DNA of 64,000 nt, taken from positions 2,546 to 66,545 of the forward strand of contig JAMCRD010000006.1 in assembly GCA_023380475.1 (NCBI GenBank), read 5' to 3'. The notes beneath the pieces are model-generated. The model was not told the origin of the DNA. It worked only from the letters and a program-made list of their open reading frames with translations, and did not search any database. This DNA comes from Patescibacteria group bacterium. GTDB taxonomy: Bacteria; Patescibacteriota; Minisyncoccia; UBA6257; Colwellbacteraceae. A program made the translations under genes and the position numbers. Positions 47,645-58,115 of the stretch are shown piece by piece (position 1 is the first letter of the stretch; each line of letters opens with the position of its first letter).

Positions 47645-48505
47645 ATGGAGAACATTAACCTTACAACTGAACCATGGGAGGATTACGAACTACTTGACTC
47701 GGGCGATAACCGCAAGCTGGAACGGTACGGCTCCGCGATCCTTATACGTCCCGAGACACAGGCTATATGGCGGCGGAAGCAGCCCGACCTTTGGTCCAAG
47801 GCAGTCGCCGAGTTTATCTGGTCTGATGGCAAAGGCGCATGGCACAAGAAAGATCGTATCGCAGAGAAATGGGCACTCAAGTGGAGAGATGTCAGTTTCA
47901 GCGTGAGGCTAACTTCGTTCAAGCACACTGGTCTGTTCCCGGAGCAGGCCCCAAACTGGGAGTGGATAGATAAAAGTATCCGCACGAAAGATAAACCGAA
48001 CGTGCTGAACTTGTTTGGTTATACTGGCCTAGCTAGTATCGTCGCCGCTAAAGCGGGTGCAACAGTCACCCACCTCGACGCATCCAGACAAAGCAATTCG
48101 TGGGCTAAGGAAAATGCCATCGCCTCAGATGTTACCAAAGGCATAAGGTACATTCTTGATGATGCTATGAAGTTCGTTAAGCGAGAAGGTCGCCGTGGAG
48201 TTTCCTATGATGGAGTAATATTGGATCCTCCGGCTTTTGGCCGCGGTCCTAAAGGAGAAGTGTGGCGGATAGAGGAAGATTTACCCAAGTTGATGGACGA
48301 CCTCAAGGTGATTTTCTCCCACAAACCAGGATCGTTCCTGCTCTTGAACGGATATGCGGCAGGTTACACTCCCTTGTCTTTCGAACAATTAATTGACAGC
48401 TGCTTCGGCTCATCCACTGGTGAATTTGGTGAGCTGCGTTTGAAAGAGACGGATTCTAGTAGGTCTATATCGGAGGGTATTTATGTGCGCTTAGTAAGGA
48501 ACTAG
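47645..48505 (+). CDS. SAM-dependent methyltransferase (RlmI-like)
   Basis: YELLDSG, HTGLFPEQ, VLNLFGYTG, ILDPPAFGRG. Confidence 0.88.
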   Translation: MENINLTTEPWEDYELLDSGDNRKLERYGSAILIRPETQAIWRRKQPDLWSKAVAEFIWSDGKGAWHKKDRIAEKWALKWRDVSFSVRLTSFKHTGLFPEQAPNWEWIDKSIRTKDKPNVLNLFGYTGLASIVAAKAGATVTHLDASRQSNSWAKENAIASDVTKGIRYILDDAMKFVKREGRRGVSYDGVILDPPAFGRGPKGEVWRIEEDLPKLMDDLKVIFSHKPGSFLLLNGYAAGYTPLSFEQLIDSCFGSSTGEFGELRLKETDSSRSISEGIYVRLVRN

Positions 48506-48526
48506 CCCCACAGAAAGACCAGCCCA

Positions 48527-49708
48527 CTAATTGATCAGGAACTTGAAAAACCGGTGTTTTCCGATCTTCAAGAGGTCGCCGTTGTGTATCGTTATAGTTA
48601 TCGGTTGGGGTTGCAGTTTTTTATTGATCTCAATGGCGCCTTGTCCAATCAACCTCCTTGCTTCGCTTTTGCTCGCCACAGACCCAGACAACACTATTAC
48701 ATCAACCAAATAATTAACATATGTCCCGTTTACGTTATTCGATTTTATTTTTACTATTTGGGCATCGTCCGGTATCTCTTTTTGTGAAAACGTTCTAATG
48801 AAATTTTCTCTGGCCTTCACTGCTTTTACTTCGGAGTGGTAGGTTTTGACGATTTCTAAAGCGAGCGCAATTTTTGCATCCCGCGGATTATCTACGGCGG
48901 GAGGAGTAACGTTGGTAAGGAGGGTAAAATATTTTCCGATTAAGGTATCGGGTATGGACATTATTTTCCCAAACATATCGTCTGGCGTATCGTTGATACC
49001 GATATAGTTTCCAAAGCTCTTGCTCATTTTCCTTACACCGTCCGTCCCTTCAATGAGCGGCACCGTTAGAATGTCCTGGGGTGGCAAACCCATTCTTTCC
49101 ATGAGGGTGCGCCCGGTTAGCAAGTTAAATTTCTGATCAGTACCACCGATTTCCACATCGGATTTTATAACCACTGAATCGTAACCCTGTAAAATAGGGT
49201 AAAGCATTTCGTGCACCCGAAGCGATTTGCCACCTTCCAAGCGTTTCTTGAAATCCTCCCTTTCTAATATCTGCTGAACGCTTACCAGCGAAAGAAGTTT
49301 TGCCAACGTTCCTCCATTCAATTTTCTTAACCACTTGCTGTTATATACAATTTCTGCTTTTTTAAGATTCACTACTTTCCCCGCCTGTTCCAGATAGTGT
49401 TTCATGTTTAGCTTTACCTCCTTTTCGGTGAGGGACTTCCGTTCGGCTGACTGTCCCGAAGGATCGCCGATTTGAGCAGTAAAATCTCCGATGATGAGCA
49501 CAGCTTTGTGCCCTAGGTTTTGGAACTCGCGGAGTTTCAATAATGGTACAGTGTGGCCTAAGTGGATATCTGGTTTTGTCGGATCAATACCGAATTTCAC
49601 GCGCAACTTCTTATCTGAGCGCAAGGCCCTTTCTAGATGACCGCGGTCGATAATTTCTTCAACGCCGCGATTAAGCATCCTGTTAATTGCCACCTCCTTG
49701 TTTTCCAT
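48527..49708 (-). CDS. tyrS: Tyrosine--tRNA ligase
   Basis: HLGH and KMSKS motifs, C-terminal S4 domain. Confidence 0.97.
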   Translation of the reverse strand: MENKEVAINRMLNRGVEEIIDRGHLERALRSDKKLRVKFGIDPTKPDIHLGHTVPLLKLREFQNLGHKAVLIIGDFTAQIGDPSGQSAERKSLTEKEVKLNMKHYLEQAGKVVNLKKAEIVYNSKWLRKLNGGTLAKLLSLVSVQQILEREDFKKRLEGGKSLRVHEMLYPILQGYDSVVIKSDVEIGGTDQKFNLLTGRTLMERMGLPPQDILTVPLIEGTDGVRKMSKSFGNYIGINDTPDDMFGKIMSIPDTLIGKYFTLLTNVTPPAVDNPRDAKIALALEIVKTYHSEVKAVKARENFIRTFSQKEIPDDAQIVKIKSNNVNGTYVNYLVDVIVLSGSVASKSEARRLIGQGAIEINKKLQPQPITITIHNGDLLKIGKHRFFKFLIN

Positions 49709-49738
49709 ATCGCTTCAATTCTAACAGGATTGGGGCAC

Positions 49739-49765
49739 AAAAAAAACGCCCCTTGCGGGGCGTTC
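49739..49765 (-). terminator. Terminator after clpP
   Basis: AACGCCCC-TTGC-GGGGCGTT with a T-tract on the minus strand. Confidence 0.7.
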
Positions 49766-49768
49766 CTT

Positions 49769-50401
49769 TTATTTCCTTGTTTTGATCACCTCATCAATAA
49801 CACCATATTCCTTAGCTTCTTCAGCTGAAAGCCAGAAATTGCGATCGGTGTCTTTGGTCACCTGCGCCAGCGGCTTGCTGGTATGTTTAGCCAAAATCTC
49901 GTTAACTTTCTCCTTTATCCGCATTATCTGCCTAGCTTCAATTTCTATATCGCTGGCCTGCCCTTCAACGCCACCCATAACCTGATGCAGGAGTATTTCC
50001 GAGTTAGGCAAGGCGGAACGCTTGCCCTTCTTGCCAGCGGCTAAAAGAAATGCAGACATAGAAGCTGCCATCCCAACACAAGTCGTGCGGACATCCGGCT
50101 TCACGTACTGCATGGTGTCATATATGGCTAGGCCGGCGGTTACCATCCCACCCGGCGAATTTATGTACAACTCAATGTCCTTCTTCGGATCCTGGCTTTC
50201 CAGGAAAAGCATCTGAGCTATAACGGCATTGGCCACCTGATCGTTTATCGGGCCGCTAAGGAAAATAATTCTGTCCTTAAGCAGGCGCGAGTAAATGTCG
50301 TAAGCCCGTTCACCGTATGCCGATTTTTCAATGACTGTCGGGATTAAGTACTGCGATTGTTCCTCTTCGCCGAACAACGGCTTGTTAGATTTGTTCATCA
50401 T
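49769..50401 (-). CDS. clpP: ATP-dependent Clp protease proteolytic subunit
   Basis: [29 protein letters not shown]. Confidence 0.97.
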   Translation of the reverse strand: MMNKSNKPLFGEEEQSQYLIPTVIEKSAYGERAYDIYSRLLKDRIIFLSGPINDQVANAVIAQMLFLESQDPKKDIELYINSPGGMVTAGLAIYDTMQYVKPDVRTTCVGMAASMSAFLLAAGKKGKRSALPNSEILLHQVMGGVEGQASDIEIEARQIMRIKEKVNEILAKHTSKPLAQVTKDTDRNFWLSAEEAKEYGVIDEVIKTRK

Positions 50402-50431
50402 CTCGCTGATTATAGTACGAATATTTTGAGA

Positions 50432-52393
50432 CTAGTGCAAGAACTTAACAATCAAGAGAGCGATGATGTTGACTACCTTAATCAGTGGGTTGATAGCCGG
50501 GCCAGCAGTGTCTTTGTAGGGGTCGCCCACCGTATCCCCTGTCACAGCCGCCTTGTGTGCTTCAGAGCCCTTGCCTCCAAAGTGGCCACCTTCAATGTAT
50601 TTCTTAGCGTTATCCCAGGCAGCCCCACCAGCTGTCATCGACAATGCCATAAACAGGCCGCCGACAATTACGCCGGTCAAAAGGCCGCCCAATGCTTCGG
50701 CTCCTAGGATAAACCCGACCAGCAATACCCCTACTATCGGTATGAGCGCAGGGATAATCATCTCTTTGATTGCCGCTTTAGTGACGATATCGACTGCCCG
50801 GCCATATTCCGGTTTGGCCGTGCCAGCCATCAAACCCTTAATCTCGCGGAACTGGCGACGAATTTCATCAACCACAGCTCCGGCCGCTCGGCCGACTGAA
50901 CGCAGAATCAAAGCTCCGAAGAAGTAGACCATGGCAGCACCAAGCACTAGTCCCACGATGACACGCGGATCGCTCAAGCTGAATAAAACATTCTTGGTTT
51001 CGCCGGCGTAGCCTGAAAACAGAACTACAGCCGCCAGGCCTGCCGAGGCGATAGCGTATCCCTTGGTTACCGCCTTGGTGGTATTGCCCACAGCATCAAG
51101 TGAGTCGGTAATTTCACGCACCTGCTCCGGCTGTTTGGTCATTTCAGCAATGCCGCCGGCATTATCCGTGATTGGTCCAAAGGAGTCGATAGAAACGATG
51201 ATACCGGCGACGGAGAGCATCGCCACTGAGGCAATGGCCACACCATACATGCCAGCCAAAGCAAAACTACCCAATATACCCAACACAATTACAATAGCCG
51301 GCAGTAAGGTGGATTCCATGCCAACCGATAAGCCGATGATAACGTTCGTGCCGTGGCCGAACTTAGAAGCCTCAGCGACCGACTGTACTGGACGAAATCT
51401 CTTCGCGGTGTAGTAGTCAGTGATTACAACCATCAAACCCGTAACGGCCAGTCCAATAAGCGCTGACAAGAATATGTTCAAGTAGCTGGCACCAAAGACA
51501 TAACTGGAGACGAAATAGAAACCTATAGCGGCTAAGATGAGTGAAGCTACCAATCCTTTATAGAGCGCCCCCATTATCGAGTTGTTATCACTGAGGCGCA
51601 CAAAGAACGTCCCTAAAATCGAGGCAATTATCGAAACACCACCCAAGAGCAGTGGGAAGGTAATTGAACCAGACAATCCCAATGTCAGTGAGCCCAACAA
51701 AATGCCTGCAGTCAGAGTAACGGCATAAGTTTCGAAGAGATCGGCGGCCATGCCGGCGCAGTCACCAACATTATCGCCCACATTGTCGGCAATCACTCCC
51801 GGATTGCGTGGGTCATCTTCAGGTATCCCAGCTTCTACCTTGCCAACTAAATCCGTACCAACGTCGGCTGCCTTAGTATAAATACCGCCACCCAAGCGGG
51901 CGAAGATTGAGATAAGGCTGGCGCCGAAACCTAAACCAACCAGCGTCTGGATGTTGCCGTTAAACACAAGGTAAGCGCCAGAAACGACCAACAGTCCCAA
52001 CGCTGTAACCAGGAGACCGGTCACAGATCCGGCGCGGAAAGCCAGCGAAAGAGCTGGAAACAGCCCTCTTTTAGCTGCCTCGGTAGTCTTAGAGTTGGAA
52101 CGCACCGCAACGTTCATGCCGATATAACCCGTAAGGGCTGAGGTCGCCCCGCCGACCAAAAAAGCTATAGCTGTCGGCCAGCCTAGGGTCAACCAAATCA
52201 CTGCAGCCAGCACTATCGCCACCGCGGCGACAGCTTTGTACTGGCGATTTAGATAGGCCATCGATCCCTCATGGATCGCCTTAGAAATCTCAACCATATC
52301 AGCGCTGCCTGATGGTTGTCGCTTTAGCCACACTGCAAGGGCCACGCTGTATATTATGGCCAAGGCAATCGGAACAAAGATTATATATAACAT
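50432..52393 (-). CDS. hppA: Membrane proton-translocating pyrophosphatase
   Basis: [36 protein letters not shown]. Confidence 0.96.
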   Translation of the reverse strand: MLYIIFVPIALAIIYSVALAVWLKRQPSGSADMVEISKAIHEGSMAYLNRQYKAVAAVAIVLAAVIWLTLGWPTAIAFLVGGATSALTGYIGMNVAVRSNSKTTEAAKRGLFPALSLAFRAGSVTGLLVTALGLLVVSGAYLVFNGNIQTLVGLGFGASLISIFARLGGGIYTKAADVGTDLVGKVEAGIPEDDPRNPGVIADNVGDNVGDCAGMAADLFETYAVTLTAGILLGSLTLGLSGSITFPLLLGGVSIIASILGTFFVRLSDNNSIMGALYKGLVASLILAAIGFYFVSSYVFGASYLNIFLSALIGLAVTGLMVVITDYYTAKRFRPVQSVAEASKFGHGTNVIIGLSVGMESTLLPAIVIVLGILGSFALAGMYGVAIASVAMLSVAGIIVSIDSFGPITDNAGGIAEMTKQPEQVREITDSLDAVGNTTKAVTKGYAIASAGLAAVVLFSGYAGETKNVLFSLSDPRVIVGLVLGAAMVYFFGALILRSVGRAAGAVVDEIRRQFREIKGLMAGTAKPEYGRAVDIVTKAAIKEMIIPALIPIVGVLLVGFILGAEALGGLLTGVIVGGLFMALSMTAGGAAWDNAKKYIEGGHFGGKGSEAHKAAVTGDTVGDPYKDTAGPAINPLIKVVNIIALLIVKFLH

Positions 52394-52417
52394 TCGTTAG
52401 TTATTTTTGGTTTGTAT

Positions 52418-53683
52418 TTAATCGTCGTCGTCTTCTTTATGGTAAATTGGTCTAACTCCCCCTTCCACCGTGGAATTGCCGGCCGGGTCACCTTCTGGAT
52501 GCTCTTCATTTTCCAGATCGACTGCGGCGGCTACGCCTCCTTCCTGAACTTCGTTGGGCTTGGACAACGGACGGACATCTATCTTCCACCCAGTAAGTTT
52601 GGCTGCCAGACGTACATTCTGGCCGCCCTTGCCAATAGCCAGACTCAGCTGGTCGTCTTGGACCATAACCCGGGCTTCCCGGTCGCTCAACAGCTCGACG
52701 GCCTTAACGTCCGCAGGAGCCAGGGCATTGGCTATAAGTTCATCGGCTTTCTCCGACCACTGGACTATATCTATTTTCTCCGAACCCAGCTCATTGGTAA
52801 CCGTCATGACCCTTGTACCACGCTGGCCTACACAGGAGCCAACTGCATCGATGCCAGGAGCATTGGAAGCGACGGCAATCTTTGTCCTCGAGCCGGCTTC
52901 TCTAGCTATGACTTTCACCGCCACTGTGCCATCAGCTATTTCCGGCACCTCTGACTCAAAAAGTTTGACCACAAAATTCGGGTTGTTCCTGGACAACAGA
53001 ATGTTTGGGACGCGGCTCTTCGGATCGTCGGACACGGCTAGAATGTAGAAACGCATCCTCTCGCCGACCGTGTAGTGCTCGCCGGATACAGTCTCGCCTC
53101 GCGGCATCATGGCTTGGGCACGACCCAAGTCGACGTTAACGCTACCCCGATCAAAACGCTGGACGATGCCGCTTATAATTTGTCCTTCCTTGCCCTTATA
53201 CTCACTGATAACCGACTCGCGTTCGGCTTGGCGGAGCATCTGGATGATGCGCTGCTTGGCAGCCTGAGTGGCAATCCTCCCGAATTCAGATGACGGCGGT
53301 AAGGGGAATTCCAACTCATCGCCAACTTTGGCGTCGGGTTTGACTTGCTTAGCCTCATCAAGCAGCAGATGCCGCTCGGGGTTAAAGCGCGGCAAGCGCG
53401 GTTCCTCACCCTCCTCGGCTGCGACTGCCGCAATAGCTTCTTCCTCTTCAGCTCCTTCGGCCATATTCACAGTTGTCTCATCAACAACTTCTTTGATGCG
53501 GGTAAAAGTTACGTCCCCTGTTTTTGGATCGAGTTTCGCTCTGATAATGGCGCCTTTGTCACCCTCCTCTTTTTTATAAGCGGCGGCTAAAGCTCCTTCT
53601 ATGGCCTCGTAGACTTTAGCCACATCGATGCCTTTATCTTTGGCTATCTGCTCCGCTGCTTGGATTACTGATTTTAGATTCAT
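52418..53683 (-). CDS. nusA: Transcription factor NusA
   Basis: FGRIATQAAKQ, S1 and KH domains, AIGKGGQNVRLA. Confidence 0.97.
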   Translation of the reverse strand: MNLKSVIQAAEQIAKDKGIDVAKVYEAIEGALAAAYKKEEGDKGAIIRAKLDPKTGDVTFTRIKEVVDETTVNMAEGAEEEEAIAAVAAEEGEEPRLPRFNPERHLLLDEAKQVKPDAKVGDELEFPLPPSSEFGRIATQAAKQRIIQMLRQAERESVISEYKGKEGQIISGIVQRFDRGSVNVDLGRAQAMMPRGETVSGEHYTVGERMRFYILAVSDDPKSRVPNILLSRNNPNFVVKLFESEVPEIADGTVAVKVIAREAGSRTKIAVASNAPGIDAVGSCVGQRGTRVMTVTNELGSEKIDIVQWSEKADELIANALAPADVKAVELLSDREARVMVQDDQLSLAIGKGGQNVRLAAKLTGWKIDVRPLSKPNEVQEGGVAAAVDLENEEHPEGDPAGNSTVEGGVRPIYHKEDDDD

Positions 53684-53787
53684 TTTTTATTTATTTTTCC
53701 GGGCCTTTATGACGAAAGGCCCGTATTTAACGGACCTTCCATATCAAACCTATTATATAACCTCGATACTGGATATCAAGCCTGACC

Positions 53788-55068
53788 CTATAGATGCTGG
53801 TCGGCAGCGATTATCCCTTGATAAGAAGTGCTGACTACCAGATAACCCTTGAACCAGCCGTACTCCAGCGCTGCCCCCTTCTTGCTGAAAGCTAGGTACC
53901 TGACCGGCGTACTGTCAGGCAGAGACCCGTTACTGAAAGATCCCGAAGCGGTCCCCGGCGATGACTGGAAGAATGAAGGGGCGCTGGCCTCAATAACCGG
54001 GTCTAAAGTTGAAGTGGCTGTGGCTAGATTGGCCCCTGAGGTCAGCTTAAAGATGTAACCCGGCCAGGCACCAGACTTATTGTAGTAAACAAAACCAGTC
54101 ACATCCTGGTCGAACGTGCTAGCTAAGAAACTCTGCGCAGCGTTCGGCAGAATAGTGCCCAAGACGGACTGCGCGGAGACGGGCGTGCTGCTGGTAGTAC
54201 TTAAACTCGCGGCATTAACAAAAACCAGTTCCTCAAACGTCCCAGCCGCTGCGGAGCTAGCTGTTGAAGAAGCTATATCAGCTTGCAAGGCCGCTAGGCT
54301 AAGCGGTGTCGACAAAGTAACAGTGGTCGAAGCAGAGGCTGGAGATTTTAAGAAGCTCTGATGGATAAGCGTAACGGCTGTGGAAGTCGGAGCGGCAGTG
54401 GATGTCGTAGTTGTGGTAGCAACTGGAGCCGGAGTAGGTACCGCTGCCGGCGCTGCCGGGGCAGAAGAGCTTTGCAAACTAGGCAGAACGAAGAATTGTA
54501 TAACTACCCACGCCAATATCAACACGACTAAGACGCCGACCAATATCCAAATCTTGTGGCCTGATTTCTTGGGGCCGACAACCTTAACTTTTGGGGCCAC
54601 GGGCGATGTAACCGACGGCGGCACTTGAGAGGCTGCTGGGCCGATGGGTTTATTAAACAGTTCTTCTGGCTTGAAAGTTTGTGGTGTTACACCCATACCA
54701 CCAGAGGACCGCATCGATTCAAGATCGCTCTGCATTGTACGAATGCCTATTTCTGGCGGAGGAGGTGGGGGGACACTACCGGCAACTGGAGGAGGCGGAG
54801 TACTTGGCATAACCGGAGGTGGAGTTGGAATTGGAGGAGGTGTCGGTGTTGGGGGTGGTGTCGGTGTTGGAATAGGAGTTGGTGCAGGAATAGGTGTTGG
54901 GGCCAGAGGAGGCGTCGGCGGGATAGACCGTGGACTGGGAATGGGTTCCTGAGCCGGCGTAAAGTTCGGCACCAAAGGCGGATTAGGATTGTTTTGCTCG
55001 CCCCCATTCGCATTGCCCGGAAAAGGTGCTGGAGACGGCACACCTCCTAGGTTTTTATTTTCATCCAT
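53788..55068 (-). CDS. Proline-rich single-TM hypothetical protein
   Basis: PTP repeats, IRTMQSDL motif, TM helix, Thr/Ser-rich outer domain. Confidence 0.8.
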   Translation of the reverse strand: MDENKNLGGVPSPAPFPGNANGGEQNNPNPPLVPNFTPAQEPIPSPRSIPPTPPLAPTPIPAPTPIPTPTPPPTPTPPPIPTPPPVMPSTPPPPVAGSVPPPPPPEIGIRTMQSDLESMRSSGGMGVTPQTFKPEELFNKPIGPAASQVPPSVTSPVAPKVKVVGPKKSGHKIWILVGVLVVLILAWVVIQFFVLPSLQSSSAPAAPAAVPTPAPVATTTTTSTAAPTSTAVTLIHQSFLKSPASASTTVTLSTPLSLAALQADIASSTASSAAAGTFEELVFVNAASLSTTSSTPVSAQSVLGTILPNAAQSFLASTFDQDVTGFVYYNKSGAWPGYIFKLTSGANLATATSTLDPVIEASAPSFFQSSPGTASGSFSNGSLPDSTPVRYLAFSKKGAALEYGWFKGYLVVSTSYQGIIAADQHL

Positions 55069-55128
55069 GCCTAAAGTATAGCACTTAACGTGCTGTTAAA
55101 TTATCAAACAAGTTGTGGATTAAACCAG

Positions 55129-57249
55129 CTAGCTACGATTGTCTGGAGATTCACCCAGCTGCTTTATAGATAAACCGATTTTGCCGTTTTCGATTTTGAT
55201 TACCTTAGCCCGCACATGGTCGCCGAGTTTCAACACGTCGCTGACATTCTTAACAAACCCGTTCTTTATTTCAGAGACATGAACCATACCGTCCCTACCT
55301 CCACCCAAATCGACTATGGCTCCAAAATCCAGCAGACGTATTACATCGCCTTCAACTATCTCTCCCACTTTGAACTCACGCATCATAGATCTTATTTCGG
55401 CAACTGCCTTTTCAGCGGCTTCGGGTAGAACTGATGACACAAATACCTTGCCGTCCTGCTCTATATCTATAGCGGTAACGCCAGTTGAAGCAATAAGCCC
55501 ATTTATAACTTTACCGCCAGGGCCGACCAATTCGCCGATTCTGGATGGGTCTATTTCTACTGTGAGTACACGTGGCGCCAGCCTAGACAACTCGGGCCTA
55601 GGCCTACTCAGAACTTTGTCGGTCACATCAAGTATCTCCAGTCGTGCTTTCCTGGCCTGCCCTAAAGCATCCTGCAATATTTGCAGGCTAACGCCGTAGA
55701 CTTTTATGTCCATCTGCAAGGCATTAACTCCTTCGCGGGTACCAGCAACTTTAAAATCCATGTCGCCATGATGATCCTCCGGCCCTTGGATGTCGGTGAG
55801 TACTTTGTAATTGCCCTTCTCATCGCTCATAAGACCCATGGCTATGCCTGCGGCCGGCTTCTTGATAGGAACTCCGGCATCCATCAGAGCCAGACTCGAA
55901 GCACAAACTGTAGCCATTGAGGAAGAGCCGTTGGACGAAAGTATTTCTGACACCACTCTAATTGTGTAGGGGAAATTCTCCTTTGGCGGGATCAGAGGAC
56001 GTATCGCTTTTTCGGCTAGCTTGCCATGGCCAATCTCGCGGCGGCCAGGGGCGCCGACGCGTCCGGTTTCGCCGACCGAAAAAGGCGGGAAGTTGTAGTG
56101 GAGCATAAACCGCCGCTTGGTCGATCCTTCCATAGACTCGACCAGTTGTTCGGAACCTGGTGGCGCGATAGTTACCGCAGCGAGGGCTTGGGTATTACCG
56201 CGAATAAATACAGCTGAACCATGAGTGCGATGCAGCACGCCAACCTCGGCATATAAGTCTCTAATTTGATCCAAGTGTCTGCCATCCGGACGCTGGCCGG
56301 CCGTCAGGACTTTTTGGTGCACCAGCTCATTAATCTCTTCGTCCAAAAGATGTGCCGCCGATTCAAAGTCCTTGTCAGCATATCCTTTGTCCTCCAGATA
56401 CTTAGACATGTCGGCTGTGAGATCACGCAGGTTTTGATCGCGTTTGGTTTTGTCATGCTCGTAGACCGCACCTTCGAGTTTAGGTTTCAAAAAACCCAGG
56501 ACGTCGGCTTTAAGTTTATTATCCGGTTCCCATAGCTTAACTGTTTCTTTCTCTTGGCCAATCTCCTTGATTATTTTCTGCTGGAAGGTGTTGAGCTTGT
56601 CGATCTCCTCCACCGCGATGCCAAAAGCTTTCATAATGTCGTTTTCCTGGGCATCATCGCCGGACAGTTCAATCATGTTGACGGCTTTATTGCCTGCTCC
56701 AGCGACGAAGGTTTCTAATTCGATCGGGTTATTGGCCAGTTCGCTGATCAGTGGATTGATTTTAAAGTCGCCCCCAATCTTAGCAACGCGCAAACCTGAT
56801 ACCGGACCGGCGAATGGTATATTCGATATACCTAGAGCAGTAGAAACGGCGGTCAAAGCGACTAAATCCGGATCATTTTCCTCGTCATACGAAACCACGG
56901 TAATCACCACCTGGATCTCGCGGCGGATGCGCTGATCAAATAACGGCCTTATCGCCCGATCGACAATCCGGCCAGAGAGAATTGATTCATCTGAAGGCCG
57001 CCCTTCGCGCCTGACAAAACGGCTGCCGATAATCTTGCCAGCAGCGTAAAAACGTTCCTCGTAGTCTACGGAAAGCGGCAAATAATCGACTCCCTTGTCT
57101 TCCTTACCCATGACCACCGTGGCTAAAATCGTCGTTTCGCCGTAATTAGCCATAACGGCACCGTTGGCTTGTTCGGCTAAGCGAGATACCTCAATGGTCA
57201 GTGGCCTACCAGCAACATCGATTGAAAAAGTTTTTCGATCAAGATTCAT
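55129..57249 (-). CDS. pnp: Polyribonucleotide nucleotidyltransferase
   Basis: Two RNase PH domains, RREIGHG, SNGSSSMA, GDMDFKVAG, KH and S1. Confidence 0.98.
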   Translation of the reverse strand: MNLDRKTFSIDVAGRPLTIEVSRLAEQANGAVMANYGETTILATVVMGKEDKGVDYLPLSVDYEERFYAAGKIIGSRFVRREGRPSDESILSGRIVDRAIRPLFDQRIRREIQVVITVVSYDEENDPDLVALTAVSTALGISNIPFAGPVSGLRVAKIGGDFKINPLISELANNPIELETFVAGAGNKAVNMIELSGDDAQENDIMKAFGIAVEEIDKLNTFQQKIIKEIGQEKETVKLWEPDNKLKADVLGFLKPKLEGAVYEHDKTKRDQNLRDLTADMSKYLEDKGYADKDFESAAHLLDEEINELVHQKVLTAGQRPDGRHLDQIRDLYAEVGVLHRTHGSAVFIRGNTQALAAVTIAPPGSEQLVESMEGSTKRRFMLHYNFPPFSVGETGRVGAPGRREIGHGKLAEKAIRPLIPPKENFPYTIRVVSEILSSNGSSSMATVCASSLALMDAGVPIKKPAAGIAMGLMSDEKGNYKVLTDIQGPEDHHGDMDFKVAGTREGVNALQMDIKVYGVSLQILQDALGQARKARLEILDVTDKVLSRPRPELSRLAPRVLTVEIDPSRIGELVGPGGKVINGLIASTGVTAIDIEQDGKVFVSSVLPEAAEKAVAEIRSMMREFKVGEIVEGDVIRLLDFGAIVDLGGGRDGMVHVSEIKNGFVKNVSDVLKLGDHVRAKVIKIENGKIGLSIKQLGESPDNRS

Positions 57250-57266
57250 TTATTTATATGAGTTTT

Positions 57267-57797
57267 CTAGGCGGGACGGCGGCTGCGGCGGAGAGACTTA
57301 AATATCACCCGTGGCATCTTCTCTATGTCATGAAAGGCGTCAGCTGATTCGCGTAATTTGGAGGAGGTGGTCCGTCCGAAGGCTGCAACCTCTACATTCC
57401 TTCCCAAACCCCACTTCAAATATTCCACCAATGGTACAAAATCGCCGTCGCCGGTGACCAATATAATCGCGTCCACCATGTCCGCCATTCTTATAGCATC
57501 AACTGCCATGCCAACATCCCAGTCAGCCTTCTTACTGCCGTCGGCCCAGACTTGAATATCTTTAGATCTGAGCTCGATGCCGGCCTTCTCCAGAGCCTCA
57601 AAGAAACTTTCCTCGCCAGTAGAGGGATCACTTTTGACAACGTAAGCTATGGCTCTCACCAGGCGACGATCGCCGGTAAGCTGCCGCATCAGCTCGGTAT
57701 AATTAACCCTGCCGCCATACAAATTCTTAGCAGAGTGATATAGATTCTGTATATCTATGAAAATTCCAAGACGCTGGTCTTTTTGGGGGGCCGCCAT
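57267..57797 (-). CDS. NYN (LabA/DUF88, PIN-like) domain protein
   Basis: FIDIQNL, KADWDVGMAVD, GDGDFVPL. Confidence 0.9.
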   Translation of the reverse strand: MAAPQKDQRLGIFIDIQNLYHSAKNLYGGRVNYTELMRQLTGDRRLVRAIAYVVKSDPSTGEESFFEALEKAGIELRSKDIQVWADGSKKADWDVGMAVDAIRMADMVDAIILVTGDGDFVPLVEYLKWGLGRNVEVAAFGRTTSSKLRESADAFHDIEKMPRVIFKSLRRSRRPA

Positions 57798-58061
57798 TTA
57801 TTTCAATCCGAGTTTCTTGGTAACAGCAGCGTAGGTTTTTGGGTTCCTATCTTCCAAATATTTAAGTAGTTTGCGTCGCTTGCTTACCATGCCCAAAAGA
57901 CCCCGACGAGAATGGTTGTCTTTGGGGTGTTTCTTTAAGTGAGCAGTCAATTCATCAATTTGCCGACTTAATAGCGCGATCTGTACTGCAGTCGAACCAG
58001 TATCGGCGTCGTGAGAACGGTGCTCGCCTATCACGTTTTGCTTCTGACGAGAAGTTAACAT
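57798..58061 (-). CDS. rpsO: 30S ribosomal protein S15
   Basis: DTGSTAVQIALL, HPKDNHSRRGL. Confidence 0.97.
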   Translation of the reverse strand: MLTSRQKQNVIGEHRSHDADTGSTAVQIALLSRQIDELTAHLKKHPKDNHSRRGLLGMVSKRRKLLKYLEDRNPKTYAAVTKKLGLK

Positions 58062-58115
58062 TCGGAGCAACTATATCAGCTTTTAGGCTGGCCGTCAAAG
58101 TTTTGTTGTCGTATA

